Shown here one piece after another: positions 50,555-63,389 of a stretch of 64,000 nucleotides of DNA (position 1 is the stretch's first letter; each line of letters opens with the position of its first letter). Both the position numbers and the translations under genes were made by a program. Origin of the DNA: Laetmonice hystrix (Eukaryota); contig OZ249440.1 in the NCBI GenBank assembly GCA_965235115.1, positions 34,784,001 through 34,848,000 on the forward strand, given 5' to 3'. Below the pieces are notes generated by a model. The model was not told the origin of the DNA. It did not search any database and was given only the letters and a program-made list of their open reading frames with translations.

Positions 50555-52932
50555 TTTAGATTCAAAGGTGGAACTTTGTTTTCGTTTGATGAAAGTGTGC
50601 TGCTTGAAGACGTTCAGCTGCTTTTTCAGTTCAGCATGTGCATCCGCTACTGTTCCGTTTTTTTCAGTTTTTTTCCGCCCTTTGCTCAGGTGATTCCCAC
50701 TGACTCCACTTCATTTCCATTACTTTTGTCACATCATCCAGAGGATAGGCCACATCAAAGTTGGGACAGTTTGGGCAGTTACTTGTCATGCATTCCTCAG
50801 CTTCCTGATCACACACGATCTCTTCCAGGAAATCCTGAAATCCAGTTGATAATCCAGGGATGTGTTTGGAAAGTGGCTCAAGGAGAAGGTGAACATTTTC
50901 GTGGTAATGTCAAAGACATACATTGTGTGGGAACTTCGAATTTAGACAAACATTCGCTGGTCGTAAAGCAGCAAATTTTGAGAGACTAATCTTCATCTGT
51001 GGGAATTTTTCTTTGAAAAGACTGTATGCATCACGAATGGTCATAATTAAAAAACTCTTCTGAAGATGCTTCTTTTTGTTTTCTTCTCTAACGACAACAC
51101 AATCTTTCCTGCCAGGAGCCATCCACGATATGTCGGGCTGTTGATAAAACTTTATCACAGCATTCTTTATTTCAGTGCTTAATTCGTTTTTAGTTGACAG
51201 CTTGACCGCTTGTTTTGAAGGGTACATGGTGGACAGTCGTTTTACAATTAGCACTTGTTTCCTTGGAGATCGGGGTAGTGCCTCCGCTGCACGTTTTACT
51301 GCCTTTCCGAGGGTTGATGTTGACTTGTAGGCGAAAGAACATTGGGGTGTTGCTGGAGAAGCTACGTGCTTTTTTGCTCTATGACATTGTTGTCTTTTTC
51401 TTTCATTTTCCCTGGCCTTCTTCAAATTTGACATACGGCTCTGTTTTTTTCTTTCGGCATCCTTCTTTAATACAAGTTCTCTTCCAAATTTTAGTTTTTG
51501 TTTTTCTCTAAACCTCTTTTGCCGCTCTGCATTTGAAACTGGCATTGTAAATGCCTGAAAAAAAATTAATTAATTATCATAGGTCTATAAAGTAATGCCT
51601 TGAAATATGAACAAAAAACAATACACAAATTTATAAATATTATTAGACAAGTCTTAATTTACACAAATGAACACAAATAAATGCATGCACAAATACATAA
51701 ATAATTATCCCATTAAATAAATATATGGAAAAAACACGAATACATACATAATTACCCCAGGAAATAATATACATCAATTAATACAAAAATAAACAACTCA
51801 TTCATAGATACATTAAATTTATTAATAAATATACTGGATTTTATTGCGACAAAATCAGAATTCTTGAAAAATACTAATAATTTATAAAAAGTATTCTTTT
51901 AACTCAGTCTTTCAAATATAAAAATGTATAGACGAAATGAACGTTAATTGTCAGTGTATTTATAGTACACTGAAAAAAAAAGATCACTCACTCGCTTAGT
52001 GGAGGGGGGGGGGGGTATGTACACTGGCTGTCTGTATGTAATAACTAGCTTAAATTTTCAGAATATGTCGTGCCCTCCAGATATTTCGGATGAATTAGAC
52101 ATTTTAAATAGCCTGTGCCTCAATCGTAAGTGATTAGACTATTTAACGAAATAGGCCCTATGTAGCCTCTAGAGTGGAAAAATGTTGGCCTAGCCTTATC
52201 GACATATAGTACCTCCCTTGAAGTCTGACTGATGTCCAACAGTAGCAGACGATGAACTTGACAGTTGACATTCAAAATATGTAGGAAGTTCAAAGTATTC
52301 TGGGAAATTTTTCACAGATATGCCACCTATTGTCAAAGTCAGTAACTATCCAAGTCATGTCACTCCGTAACGTTACGGAGTGACATACTTTTGTTCATGA
52401 TTTCTGTGAAATTATAATCAGATAATATTATTTAAACTATACCTATAAACAGATATTTATGTATTGTTAATTAATATCAGAATTATTTTTATTTTTCACA
52501 ACTATTGTATTTGTAAGAAAATAAAATGCAATTTTTTTGTTACGGAGTGACATGTTACGGAGTGACAAGTCGTCAATTTGATTTGACCTAATTTTCTAAA
52601 AGTAGGTCAAATTATCTGGTTTACCTAACCATAAATTTAAAGATAACCCTTGTCCACATTTAAATGATATGGTATCATAATGATAAATCTGTTAATAAAA
52701 TCAGGGTAGTAAAAACTTTACCTATGATAAGCTATGGAGCAATTTTTGTACAGAAAATCCATTTATTTCTCCTATTTTTGCTCCACAATATTCTAATTAT
52801 CACATCCTTGAACATAATTTTGCTATAATATCCATAAACTATGACCTCTCGGCTGCCAATTGATGTATAACATGATATGATATAACACATTTGGAAATTT
52901 TGTCCTCACGGACCAAATTCGTGGAATTGCCC
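50555..52932 (-). mobile_element. Sola2-like transposon 5' part with truncated transposase (ATG 51545)
   Basis: Terminus 5'-GGGCAATTCCAC; GTTACGGAGTGAC repeats (52360-52570); ORF 50910-51545 reads through TGA into HYHEN...VC...CMTSNCPNC...FKQHTFIKRKQ. Confidence 0.75.
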
Positions 52933-53189
52933 TGATTCAGTAATTTGCTTAAAGTGACTTACCAAGGGGAACTCTCACTGATACCTCCTGACAACCTGCA
53001 TTCAACAGAGTAAATAGAACTTCACTTCATGAATCGTTCCCTTCAGTAAAGACCTACAAATGGTTAACTTTGGAGTGTGCAGTGATTAGAATCTACATTA
53101 GGGAGATTGCAGTTAGCAATTTGGCATGCTGTCATTTAGTATGTAACTAGTATCCATACTGAGGCCTGTTAATGAACTTCACTAATATT

Positions 53190-55290
53190 ACATAATGAAT
53201 GCTGCATGCCAGTTACCCTTGACGTCTCTGATATGCGGTAATCAGATAGAATATTCCTTACAGCCGATGGTACAGAAGTGGGCGTGGTCCCCCTGGGATC
53301 CTCTCTGGTGCCAGCTATGCCTGTGTCAGAAGGTAGGATTTAAAAAAGAAATTCAGAATCTTTTCATAAATAATCCTCTAGTAGTTGCAAAAAGTTTCAT
53401 TAAATTTAAAATGTCCTAAAACGTCGCCCCCCCCCCCCAAAAAAAAAGAAAGGAGAAAGTAAAATAAAATGGGTAGGACCACATAGTACTAAGGAATCAT
53501 ACAGACGCCTGTTAATCAAGTGCACTTCTTGTATTGCATAATGAATACTGCATGTCAGGAACCCTTGATCATGTCTTTCATATATAATTAGGTAGATTAT
53601 GCTTTACAGTTGATGGTGCAAAAATGGAAGGGGCCCCCCTGGTGTCATCCCTGACATCCACTATCTTTGTGCTGGAAGGTAGGATTTATTTTTAACTATT
53701 CAAATTTTTTGAATTTGTTATCCAAAATATAAAAAGTACTTTCTCTCTTAAAAAAAGTAGAATACTTTTAAAAAAGGATAAAGTGGCAGCACTGGATTAT
53801 TCAATACATTAACGACAAAATAATGCTAAGAGAGCCCCCACAGCATTTCGTTTTTTTTTATTCCATGTATTGCTAAAAAATAGACATTTGTGTCCCTTTA
53901 TAATCGCAGTTTCTGAGGAGACGAGAGACATCCCCTCATCAGCAAGGTACGTTCTTCATTGCAGACCTTTTATAATGTCTACATTCCTTTCTAGAGGTAC
54001 AGTAATTAGTTGAGATGAGATGATGAGATTGCATTGACGTAAGAAATGAATCAGTATTCTAAATGGTAATCTTAAGCAAACATGGAGTAACTGATAGTAA
54101 TAGTATGAATGTCAAAATAGGTATGCATAGGAAAATCTCTTTATCGTTTTACTCTAGAAAGCAGTCTGGTCCCAGGCAGTCGAGTTCAAGCCATGAAGAA
54201 GACCACAGGTATTTTTCTACTAATCGTTATAGTTCCCACTTACAGTTACATTAATGCTATAACTTAACTTAACTAGCTAACAATGACATTTGGTGTGGAA
54301 GGTGGCATGGCCTGTCGTGATCGGCTGTCGTCCTGCCATCCAGGGGTCATATGTGGGCCTCAGTGGGCGGGATCAGCGGCTGATGATTGACAGGTCACAA
54401 CACATATATTACATATTATTATACACTCTGGGAATTTATAAAGTTAATTCGAAAGATTTTAAATTGAGATTCGTTCGTGATTGGAGATTTGAGATTGTTT
54501 GACACAATGCTGTATGTATATTTCCATCCAACCTGCCAAATATTATGTTGTCTGCATTTGTTGACCGTTTTATTTTTAAATTTGGTACAGTGAATCATAT
54601 AAGCATTAATTCGTTATTATATTCAATGTCTTTGCTAGGCAGAAGAATCGCCTCTACAATGAAGTTCTGCAGCTGGATGTGGAGGTGCGGAAGCTGGACG
54701 TGGAACTGAGAAAAAGGCAGCTCGTTTTGACCGACATTGAGGTGGAGTTAAGGAGGCTTCAGGTCAAGAAGCTGAAGAGGGAGTTGTGTGAGGAGTGTAA
54801 GTTGAAAACTGAATTTTAAAAAACCTTGAAACTCACCATGCCTAAAAATATGTCTGGGCAACCCAGTCCCTATAAGGGGCCCCATTGACTTCTGGGACTT
54901 CTGGATCCTCAAATCCATCTTCTGGGCCATCGTCCGGTAGGTTTAAAATGTCACCTTGGCGTATTCCTGAAAAGCACAAAATTTAACACCTTTTTTTTCT
55001 TTCCGCATATATGAACTCCTCCTATTGTGACGTTGATATCTTCTTCTGGCATTAAAATTAAAGAAATGATTGTTTCCATAGTAATCATAACTAACCATAA
55101 CCATAACTAACGATAGATATAGGTACAGTACCTATGTTGTGTAGAACGGCACATGCCACTGTCAAGGTGGCCGCCTTAGCCGGACTTGTCGTCCGCATGT
55201 CCTTCAACACGCTGAAGCGTCTTTTCAGGATCCCAAAGCACTGCTCTATTGCCACAAGTGTGCAGCAGTGGGATCTGTTATATAGTTTTC
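53190..55290. pseudogene. Remnant of a second Harbinger: coiled-coil last exon (+, 54640-54818) convergent with transposase C-terminus (-, ~55130-55280)
   Basis: YNRSH...IEQCFGILKRRFSVL...ACAVLHNI; LDVEVRKLDVELRKRQL; duplicated ~150-bp exon-like blocks at ~53190 and ~53540. Confidence 0.6.
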
Positions 55291-55974
55291 CTTTAAAAAA
55301 ACCGTTATACATGTAAATGTCATATGTACATTCATATAAAAATACTTTAGAATCAGTGTGAGTCATATAGTTCTGCCCAGTTACTTTGATTCTCACACAC
55401 CTTACTGATCCATTTCAGAGATGTTTGTAGTCTTTAATCATGTTTATGAAGACATATTAAACTGGAGGCTTTAGGCTCGTGCTGGGATTACTCTTCAACA
55501 TTTTGTGGGCATGCCTTTGGTATTGGTATTTAAAGCCCGAGGGACCCTTTTCCCCATAGGTTACCCTACCATCAGTCAATCCTGGGTACCGGCCTGGGCT
55601 TAAATAATTACTTTCTAGAGCGGTGCACAAATTTCAAAGAAGAAGAAGGCAAAGCTTAACAGTATTTACCAGAGAGTGATGCTTCACAATTTGATGCGAG
55701 ATAGCGTTGGTTCTTCCTTGCTCCCTTACCGCGTGGTCGCGGCTCCCCATACTGCACACACACCAGCTTCAGATACATGTACCTGTGAAAAAGAACAGGA
55801 ATCATCATTCTTTGTTATCAATGATAATTCAGCAGCTCAGGTACTATTAAACACGTTATTATAATGATAAGATGCCGTTTCGCTGACTAGTATCAGCGCA
55901 CAAGTGAGGAGACCTCAACTGGCTGATATGTGTAGTCTCCTGTAAGAGAAAATGTTTAATTGCTATTGTGTTAG

Positions 55975-56563
55975 TACCAAGGTACTGTGGCAACAATGAG
56001 CATGGTTTCCAATTAGATATTACCAAAGTAATGGTGCAGCAACGGGTAGGGGTTAGGCTGTATTGTTATTGCCAAGGTACTGTGGCAGCAAGGAACAGGG
56101 CGTTAGGCTGCATTGTTATTGCCAACTGTGGCAGCAAGGGGTAGGGGGTTAGGCTGTATTGAAATTGCCAAGGTACTGTGGCAGCAAGGAGCGGGGGGTT
56201 AGGCTGCATTGTTATTGCCAAAGTACTGTGGCAGCAAGGGACAGGGCGTTAGGCTGCATTGTTATTGCCAAGGTACTGTGGCAGCAAGGGATAGGGAGTT
56301 AGGCTGCATTGTTATTGCCAAGGTACTGTGGCAGCAAGGGGTAGGGGGTTAGGCTGCCTTGTTATTGCCAAGGTACTGTGGCAGCAAGGGGTAGGGGGTT
56401 AGGCTGCATTGTTATTGCCAAGGTACTGTGGCAGCAAGGGGTAGGTGGTAAGGCTGCCTTGTTATTGCCAAGGTACTGTGGCAGCAAGGGGCGGGGGGGT
56501 AGGCTGCATTGTTATTGCCAAAGTACTGTGGCAGCAAGGGACAGGGCGTTAGGCTGCATTGTT
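55975..56563. repeat. 50-bp minisatellite (~11 units)
   Basis: Unit GTTATTGCCAAGGTACTGTGGCAGCAAGGGGTAGGGGGTTAGGCTGCATT. Confidence 0.92.
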
Positions 56564-59175
56564 GTTTCGTCCTCTTTTATTGTTGCTGGCGTGCTCAGCT
56601 GATTATCCGTCCGGGAAAGAGGCCCCTCCTCTGGCGCCTTGAGGAGTTGCAGCCTCTGTTGACGGTCCGCCACCTCTGGCCTTAGACTTAGGGGTTGTAG
56701 TACACTGGGGGATCCAGGTGGGGGGGGGGGGCAAAGGGGCCTGGGCCCCCCTTTAAATTTTCCTTTCCCCAAGATGCATTATTCGGACCCGGAGACAGGG
56801 ATTCCAACACAATTCATTAAAAAAGCCTATATTTTATGTGATAGTAACATCCAGCCCAAAATAGGCTGAAATAAAAATATTTTTTAGGTGGGCCTCCCTT
56901 ATCAAAATCCTGGATCCCCCACTGTAGTACATACGTTTTCAGACCATGCATTAGGCTACAAGACAGTGTAAATAGGGATACATGATATGATTACATATAA
57001 TTGTAAAGCATAATATTCCACAAACACACTGACCTCACCAAATGTTTATCAAGGTGTATGCTTCTATATGAGCAGTACGGGCACTGCCGCTGGTAGCGTT
57101 TATCGCTGCCATCCCTCAACTGCAGTATACTAGTCGCTGGTCATCTGGTTCGGTTCGTTTTAGTGAGTTCACTTTTGAATTTCTGGACTTTCCTCAGGTG
57201 AATACTCAGCCACCTGACAGCCTTGTCGTAGACCGGACACGTCCTCACCCGCCGCTGTTTTGACACCTTTGTCTGCAGTAGATTACCATTATCACACTCA
57301 CAAATGACAATGAAAAAGAACAGTACAATAAAAGTAAGAAAAACTTTGGGTTGTACCTTCTCGTGGAAAGGCGCCTTGCCGTCGCGTAGGGGTGGCTTTG
57401 GCAGTGGGCCTGAATTTCTTTCTCCATCTCATCATGAAGGAATGGCCGGACTAAGGAATAGATCACACAAAGATTGAAATATACAGAGTGAGTCAGTGAT
57501 AAAAAAAAGAAACTGCCATTTTGAACAATGTAGCTTACCTTTGGCTTTTTGCCAGGTGGCTCAAAAGAGTCATCGCTGTCACCAATGCTCTCGTCTGAGG
57601 TTCCGACCTCTCACTCTTTCTGCGTTAACAAATCCAAAAGAGAAAAAAACATTGGAGGAAACGTAATCATAATCTTAGCATTACTTAGAGGTATCAGGGA
57701 AAAACATTTATTACATCGACGGCAAGGGCATCCTCTGCTGGCTTGGCCATTGCATTCTGCTGTGGGGTTACCTTGCCCTTCGGCCTTCCCCTGCCCCTTG
57801 CCTTGGGCTTGCGGCTGATTCCCTATAAAGAGAGCAAAGAAAAGTATCATAAACAGTATTTTTTTCATTTACAAAGTAGGTTAAAGTTCTATAATTGCAT
57901 GTCGTCGCCGGGTATTCCATAGAGCAACCCGAACTATATACATTTGCAAGGAACTGGCCTGATGCCCAACGGATGACTCGTATTAATGGAGACCACTTGG
58001 GATTCTTTTGCCTCGCGACTTGTGCGCGTACCGCGACCTGTTCACACCCCGACTGTGACGTCAGTAGCATGTTCTCTTGCGCCAAAGACGAAAGTGAGGC
58101 TCCATGCGCTTAGACAGGGGGATTCCCCAACATGTGCTCAGTTGTAAAGTAAACAGACATTCGTAGTTTCGTCTCATTACTTACTGCAACGGTTGAACGG
58201 CAGCATGCCACGTACAGGACGTTCCCCATCTCTTCTACGACGGCTTCAGCTCAAAAACGCAGGAAACGTGAACGAGGGCTCAACGACACCCGCCCGGTCA
58301 TGTCCGCCCCCGGGATGTAGGCCCCTACCCCCAGTCATGCCTTCATGTCCGTCCCTCGCCGCTTCGCTGGAGAGGCGCCCGGCAAGGGACAGGTTAGGCC
58401 TACCTACGAGGTGGCTCTCATTTTGTTGGGAACTTAGCGATTACAATAGTTGATCTAGGGTTGTTGGCACACTCCTCTAACTCAGTAGACTGTCCTAGTC
58501 AAGTTGACAGCTTTTTCCACCACGGGCGGCAGGGTGCGGCGGGCGGTTGACTGAGTCGAGTGTCTATCACAGCCCGAGGCAAAGCGGGCGGGAGGGCACC
58601 GTATGGAATACCGGCGACGAGATGTGAGATGGGACCGAACAGTGTCAATTTAGCACATAGAATGTTTCTTATTGACACCGATATCACGATCCACGTGCCT
58701 ATTTAACAATAGCATAATTTGGGGGCTAAACTTTTCCTAAAGTGAAAACTAACACTAACCCTAGGCCTAGCCTTTACCCTAACCCAAACACACTGCCTCG
58801 CATCTCGCATGTCGTCGCCGGGTATTCCATAGGGCACCGTGTGAATTTGTCAACAAGCAGGTGCGCGTCACGTGACACCATGGAATTCCCTTGTCCGTTC
58901 CCAGTCCCAGTTCAAATGGCGTCTCAATGCGCGAGAACGAATTAACGGTGCACGGCTGACGAATTCATGTTAATATGTCCAGATTAGCGTTCCTTTCTCA
59001 GCGAAAAGGCAGGTACGACCTAGGATAGTATTCTGCTTGATGTTTACAGCCTTTGGGGGAAATATAGGAAATTGTCAACATTGGATGTATTTTAATTCGT
59101 TTAAGGATATATTTTAATTTGTTTCTTACAAAAAGGTAAGAATTTTGTAACATTGGGTCGGATGTTGCTGAGGGT
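56560..59175 (-). mobile_element. Unclassified large repeat with C2H2 exons, copy 2
   Basis: Colinear with 10420-12120 and 13170-13350; CPVYDKAVRWLSIHLRKV and CPYCSYRSIHLDKHL; truncated by a LINE at 59176. Confidence 0.6.
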
Positions 59176-61724
59176 ATTTTCTCGGATTCCTTATCCTGTC
59201 TGCAAGCACTTGCTAACTTGAACACAGATCACCCAGTGATCGTTCAAATCTTGTCCAAGTTGGCAGTGCTTGCCAATGCAAACTTTGATATTCACTTTTG
59301 CTGGGTGCCTGGGCATGTTGGTATCCCAGGCAATGAGAAATCTGACAGAACTGCCAAGAGGGCTCTTGAAACAGACGTTGAACTGTGTCCAATCCCAGCC
59401 TCTGACCTCAGACCTACCATCTGGGCTCATGTTAAAAACAAAATGGCAGGCCGAATGGGATGAACAACCAAACAATAAATTGTATCAGATCAGTCCCATC
59501 GTGAACCAAAGGTATCGTAACGGCCTGGCCCAATGTAGGCATGAAATTGGTTTTACTCAATGCAGGATTGGTCATTCTAGATTAACCCATGTGTTTTTAT
59601 TGAAGGGGGAGGCACCTCCAGATTATGGCTGTCACTGTCCTTTGACACTAAAGCATCTTTTACTTGAGTGTGGTGATTTTACTCTGATGAGACAACGGTT
59701 TTATAGTGAGACAAGTCTTAAGGATCTTTTTAACAATGTCAGACCAGGAGTGATTTTAGAGTTTTTGTCAGAGGCTGGACTTCTGACTGTTTTGCATATT
59801 AGGTCTCTATGATGCATTGAAAAGCCTAACGTCATTCTTCAGTTGGCTCAACTGAAGAAGTCAGAGACTCATCCCCTGACATATTTTGAACATTTTCTTG
59901 ACGTCCAGGCAAAGTATCCCTCACATTATGCCTTCTATACAGATGGCTCAAAGGATGGCAGTGATGTGTCTGCGGCTGCAGTTCATGGCAAGCACAACTT
60001 CGGCACCCGCATCTCAGGGCAAAGTTCCATCTTCTCAGCAGAGGCCCGGGCCCTGCTTCTTGCCCTTCAAAATATTGAAGTTTCGGGCAAAAAGGACTTC
60101 CTTATTTTCTCGGATTCCTTATCCTGTCTGCAAGCACTTGCTAACTTGAACACAGATCACCCAGTGATCGTTCGAATCTTGTCCAAGTTGGCAATGCTTG
60201 CCAATGCAAACTTTGACATTCACTTTTGCTGGGTGCCTGGTCATGTTGGCATCCCCGGCAATGAGCAAGCAGACAGAACTGCCAAGAGAGCTCTTGAAAC
60301 AGACGTCGAATTGTGTCCAATCCCAGCCTCTGACGTCAGACCTACCATCTGGGCTTATGTTAAAAACAAATGGCAGGCCGAATGGGATGAACAACCAAAC
60401 AATAAGTTGTATCAGATCAGTCCCATGGTAAACCAAAGGTATCATCATGGCCTAACCCAACGTAGGCATGAAATTGTTTTTACTCGATGCAGAGTTGGTC
60501 ATTCTAGATTAACCCATGTGTTTTTATTGAAGGGGGAGCCGCCTCCTGAAAGTTATGGCTGTCAATGTCCTTTGACACTGAAGCATCTTTTACTCGAATG
60601 TGGTGATTTTACTCTCATCAGACAAAGGTTTTATAATGAGACGAGTCTTAAGGATCTTTTTAGCAATATCAGACCAGGAGTGATTTTAGAGTTCTTGTCG
60701 GAGGCTGGACTTCTGACTCTTTTATAGATGTGTTTTGGTGGTGTTCCCGTTGGGACCCGGGATAAAATAGGTTCCTTTGGTTTTATGGTCTTATAACTCT
60801 GTTTTCGCCATGAATATGGCCCCAGATGCCGACACGGCGCAAAACCACCACTACTCACTCACTCACTCGCTCAACTGAAGAAGTCAGAGACTCATCCCCT
60901 GACATATTTTGAACATTTTCTTGACGTCCAGGCAAAGTATCCCTCACATTATGCCTTCTATACAGATGGCTCAAAGGATGGCAGTGATGTGTCTGCGGCT
61001 GCAGTTCATGGCAAGCACAACTTCGGCACCCGCATCTCAGGACAAAGTTCCATCTTCTCAGCAGAGGCCCGGGCCCTGCTTCTTGCCCTTGAAAATATTG
61101 AAGTTTCTGGCAAAAAGGACTTCCTCATTTTCTCGGATTCCTTATCCTGTCTGCAAGCACTCTCTAACTTGAACACAGATCACCCAGTGATCGTTCAAAT
61201 CTTGTCCACGTTGGCAGTGCTTGCCAATGCAAACTTTGATATTCACTTTTGCTGGGTGCCCGGCCATGAGCAAGCCGACAGAACTGTCAAGAGAGCGCTC
61301 GATACAGACGTTGACCCATGTCCAATCCCAGCCTCTGACCTCAGACCTACCATCTGGGCTTACGTTAAGAACAGATGGCAGGCCGAATGGGATGAACAAC
61401 CAAACAATAAATTGTATCAGATCAGTCCTGTCGTGAACCAAAGGTGTCTTCACGGCCTAACCCAACGTAGGCATGAAATTGTTTATACTCGATGCAGGAT
61501 TGGTCATTCTAGATCTTTTTAACAATGTCAGACCAGGAGTGATTTTAGAGTTTTTGTCAGAAGCTGGACTTCTGACTCTTTTATAGTTCAGTCTCGTTGA
61601 TAGCCCAGTTGGGCTGACAGGATGGAGTGTGTTTTAATGATATTCCCGTTGGAGCCCGGAATAAAATAGGTTCCTTTCATTTCATGGTCTTTTAACCCTG
61701 TTTTCGCCGTGAAGATGGCCCCTG
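59176..61724 (+). mobile_element. Three tandem 3' fragments of the I-group LINE (59176-59790, 59820-60868, 60869-61724)
   Basis: RNase H and CCHC peptides (e.g. ORF 59843-60727), 3' UTRs, (ACTC)n tail ending at 60868. Confidence 0.9.
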
Positions 61725-62549
61725 GAAGAAAGCACATTTTCTCGGTTTTAACTTCAAGCCCACGTCATCTAGACACTGCAGAACATGTTCAAGCCGTCAT
61801 CAAAAAATAACATGCACTCTTGCCACTGCAGCCCTCTCAGTACCGTCTCCATGAGCCTTTCAAATGTCACTGGCTTGTACCACCACTAATCGCTCAGTTC
61901 GTTCAGTTCGCTGTTTATTGATGCACATTGGGGGCTGTCATGACACATCATGTGACACGTATGCTGCTTCATGATTGGCTAGTTCAACTTGCTAGGTTTT
62001 GCTATTACAAAAATGGAAAATTTTGATGTGGAAAACCCAGTAAGATCAACTTGCTAGGTTTTACCTCGCAAACAAACAAAATACCTATTAAAGGCTAATA
62101 CTTGCTAGGTATTGCCATAACAAAATATAGGGAAACGGACATCATTTTTTCTATGTCTTGTACCCTATGGATATAAGGCATATGCAAGTAAGTACAAAAA
62201 TGGTACTCGACCAAAATTCCACTTACCAAGTTTTTCCCTAACACTCGAGAGTTGCCAAACATCAGAAGAAAACGTGATGTGCTCAATGGAACGTCGGAAG
62301 TTGACAAGACACTGTGGCCACTGTACTTCTGTCCCGGCGTGCGCAAGTTAAACTCAAGGTGACGTCCAAGTAGCAGGTCTCAAAACCCACAAGGTGGTGT
62401 CTGTGTATACCGGTCAACCGAGGTGTATCATCACGGTTCCCAAAACACGGTGCAGGACTTGCCAACTGTATTTTAAAACAATTTTCTTTTGGGTTCAGAA
62501 AAGTACCAACGATATCTAGTTACAGTAGTCTACTTACAATTCATGGATC

Positions 62550-63050
62550 ATATTACGGTAATATGCTTCATCAGTTGCCACACAACCTATCCCTTGGCTG
62601 AAACAAGCACTTTTCTTCCCGGTGAAAAGGAGGGCTTCTGGGTTCACGAAGACAAGCTTGGCCAAGTTTTTGTTCCACATCTACTTCAGTTTCTACACAC
62701 ACAGTCTCCGTGTCGTGTAGATCTAAATCGACATCTGAAGAATTACAGTCCGAGTCTGCGGCATCTTTGAAATGATAGGTTTTCCCTCTTGATGACTTGA
62801 TATCCAGGTAACAAGCAGATAGACCTTTTTCACAAAGCTTATGGACTTGTTCTTTTGTTATAGCGTTTAATGGAGAAATGACTAGAGTACTATATTGTAT
62901 GCTGGAGTCTTGAGTCTTTTTCCATATTCTGTTGGCCGTAGGATAAGGGAATCTTTCTTGTAAAATATGTCCAATGCCTCTATTTGCTTTTCTTTCAGTT
63001 TTAAGGTGGTAACGTACAATCCAGAAACTTGCAGTGTTTTGTCTAAAACC
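62550..63050 (-). pseudogene. Degraded RecQ-like helicase fragment (possibly AcademH)
   Basis: LKEKQIEALD...KDSLILRPTEYGKRL (motif I-like), LVFVNPEALL, VATDEAY (DEAH-like); several stops. Confidence 0.55.
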
Positions 63051-63202
63051 TCTTAAAATGATGTCATGATATTCTGTTCACATAGACTAGGTGGCATGGG
63101 GGGGAGGACGTTGTAAACAGAACAAGATTTAAACTTTCTTTGATTAAACGGTACTGTAACCAAATTCTTATGATTCCTCGGTTGACGAGATATGAGTGTC
63201 AC

Positions 63203-63389
63203 AGGCTGGACTTCTGACTCTTTTATAGTTCAGGCTTGTCGACAGTGTGTTTCAATGATATTCCCGTTGGGACCCGGGATAAAATAGGTTCCTTTAATTT
63301 TATGGTCTTTTAACTGTCGCCGGTTTTCGCCGTGAAGATGGCCTGGATGCCGACACAGCGGAAAACTACCACTACTCACTCACTCACTC
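63203..63389 (+). mobile_element. Short 3' fragment of the I-group LINE
   Basis: ORF2 end, 3' UTR and (ACTC)n tail. Confidence 0.85.

Noticed and set aside
50414..50989. 191-aa plus-strand ORF, and many similar short antisense ORFs over LINE copies
   Set aside because: Shadow frames of transposase or LINE coding sequence; recurrence reflects copy number.
55975..56563. Regular repeats resembling a CRISPR array (also 27218-27665)
   Set aside because: No unique spacers, no cas genes, eukaryotic context; simple minisatellites.
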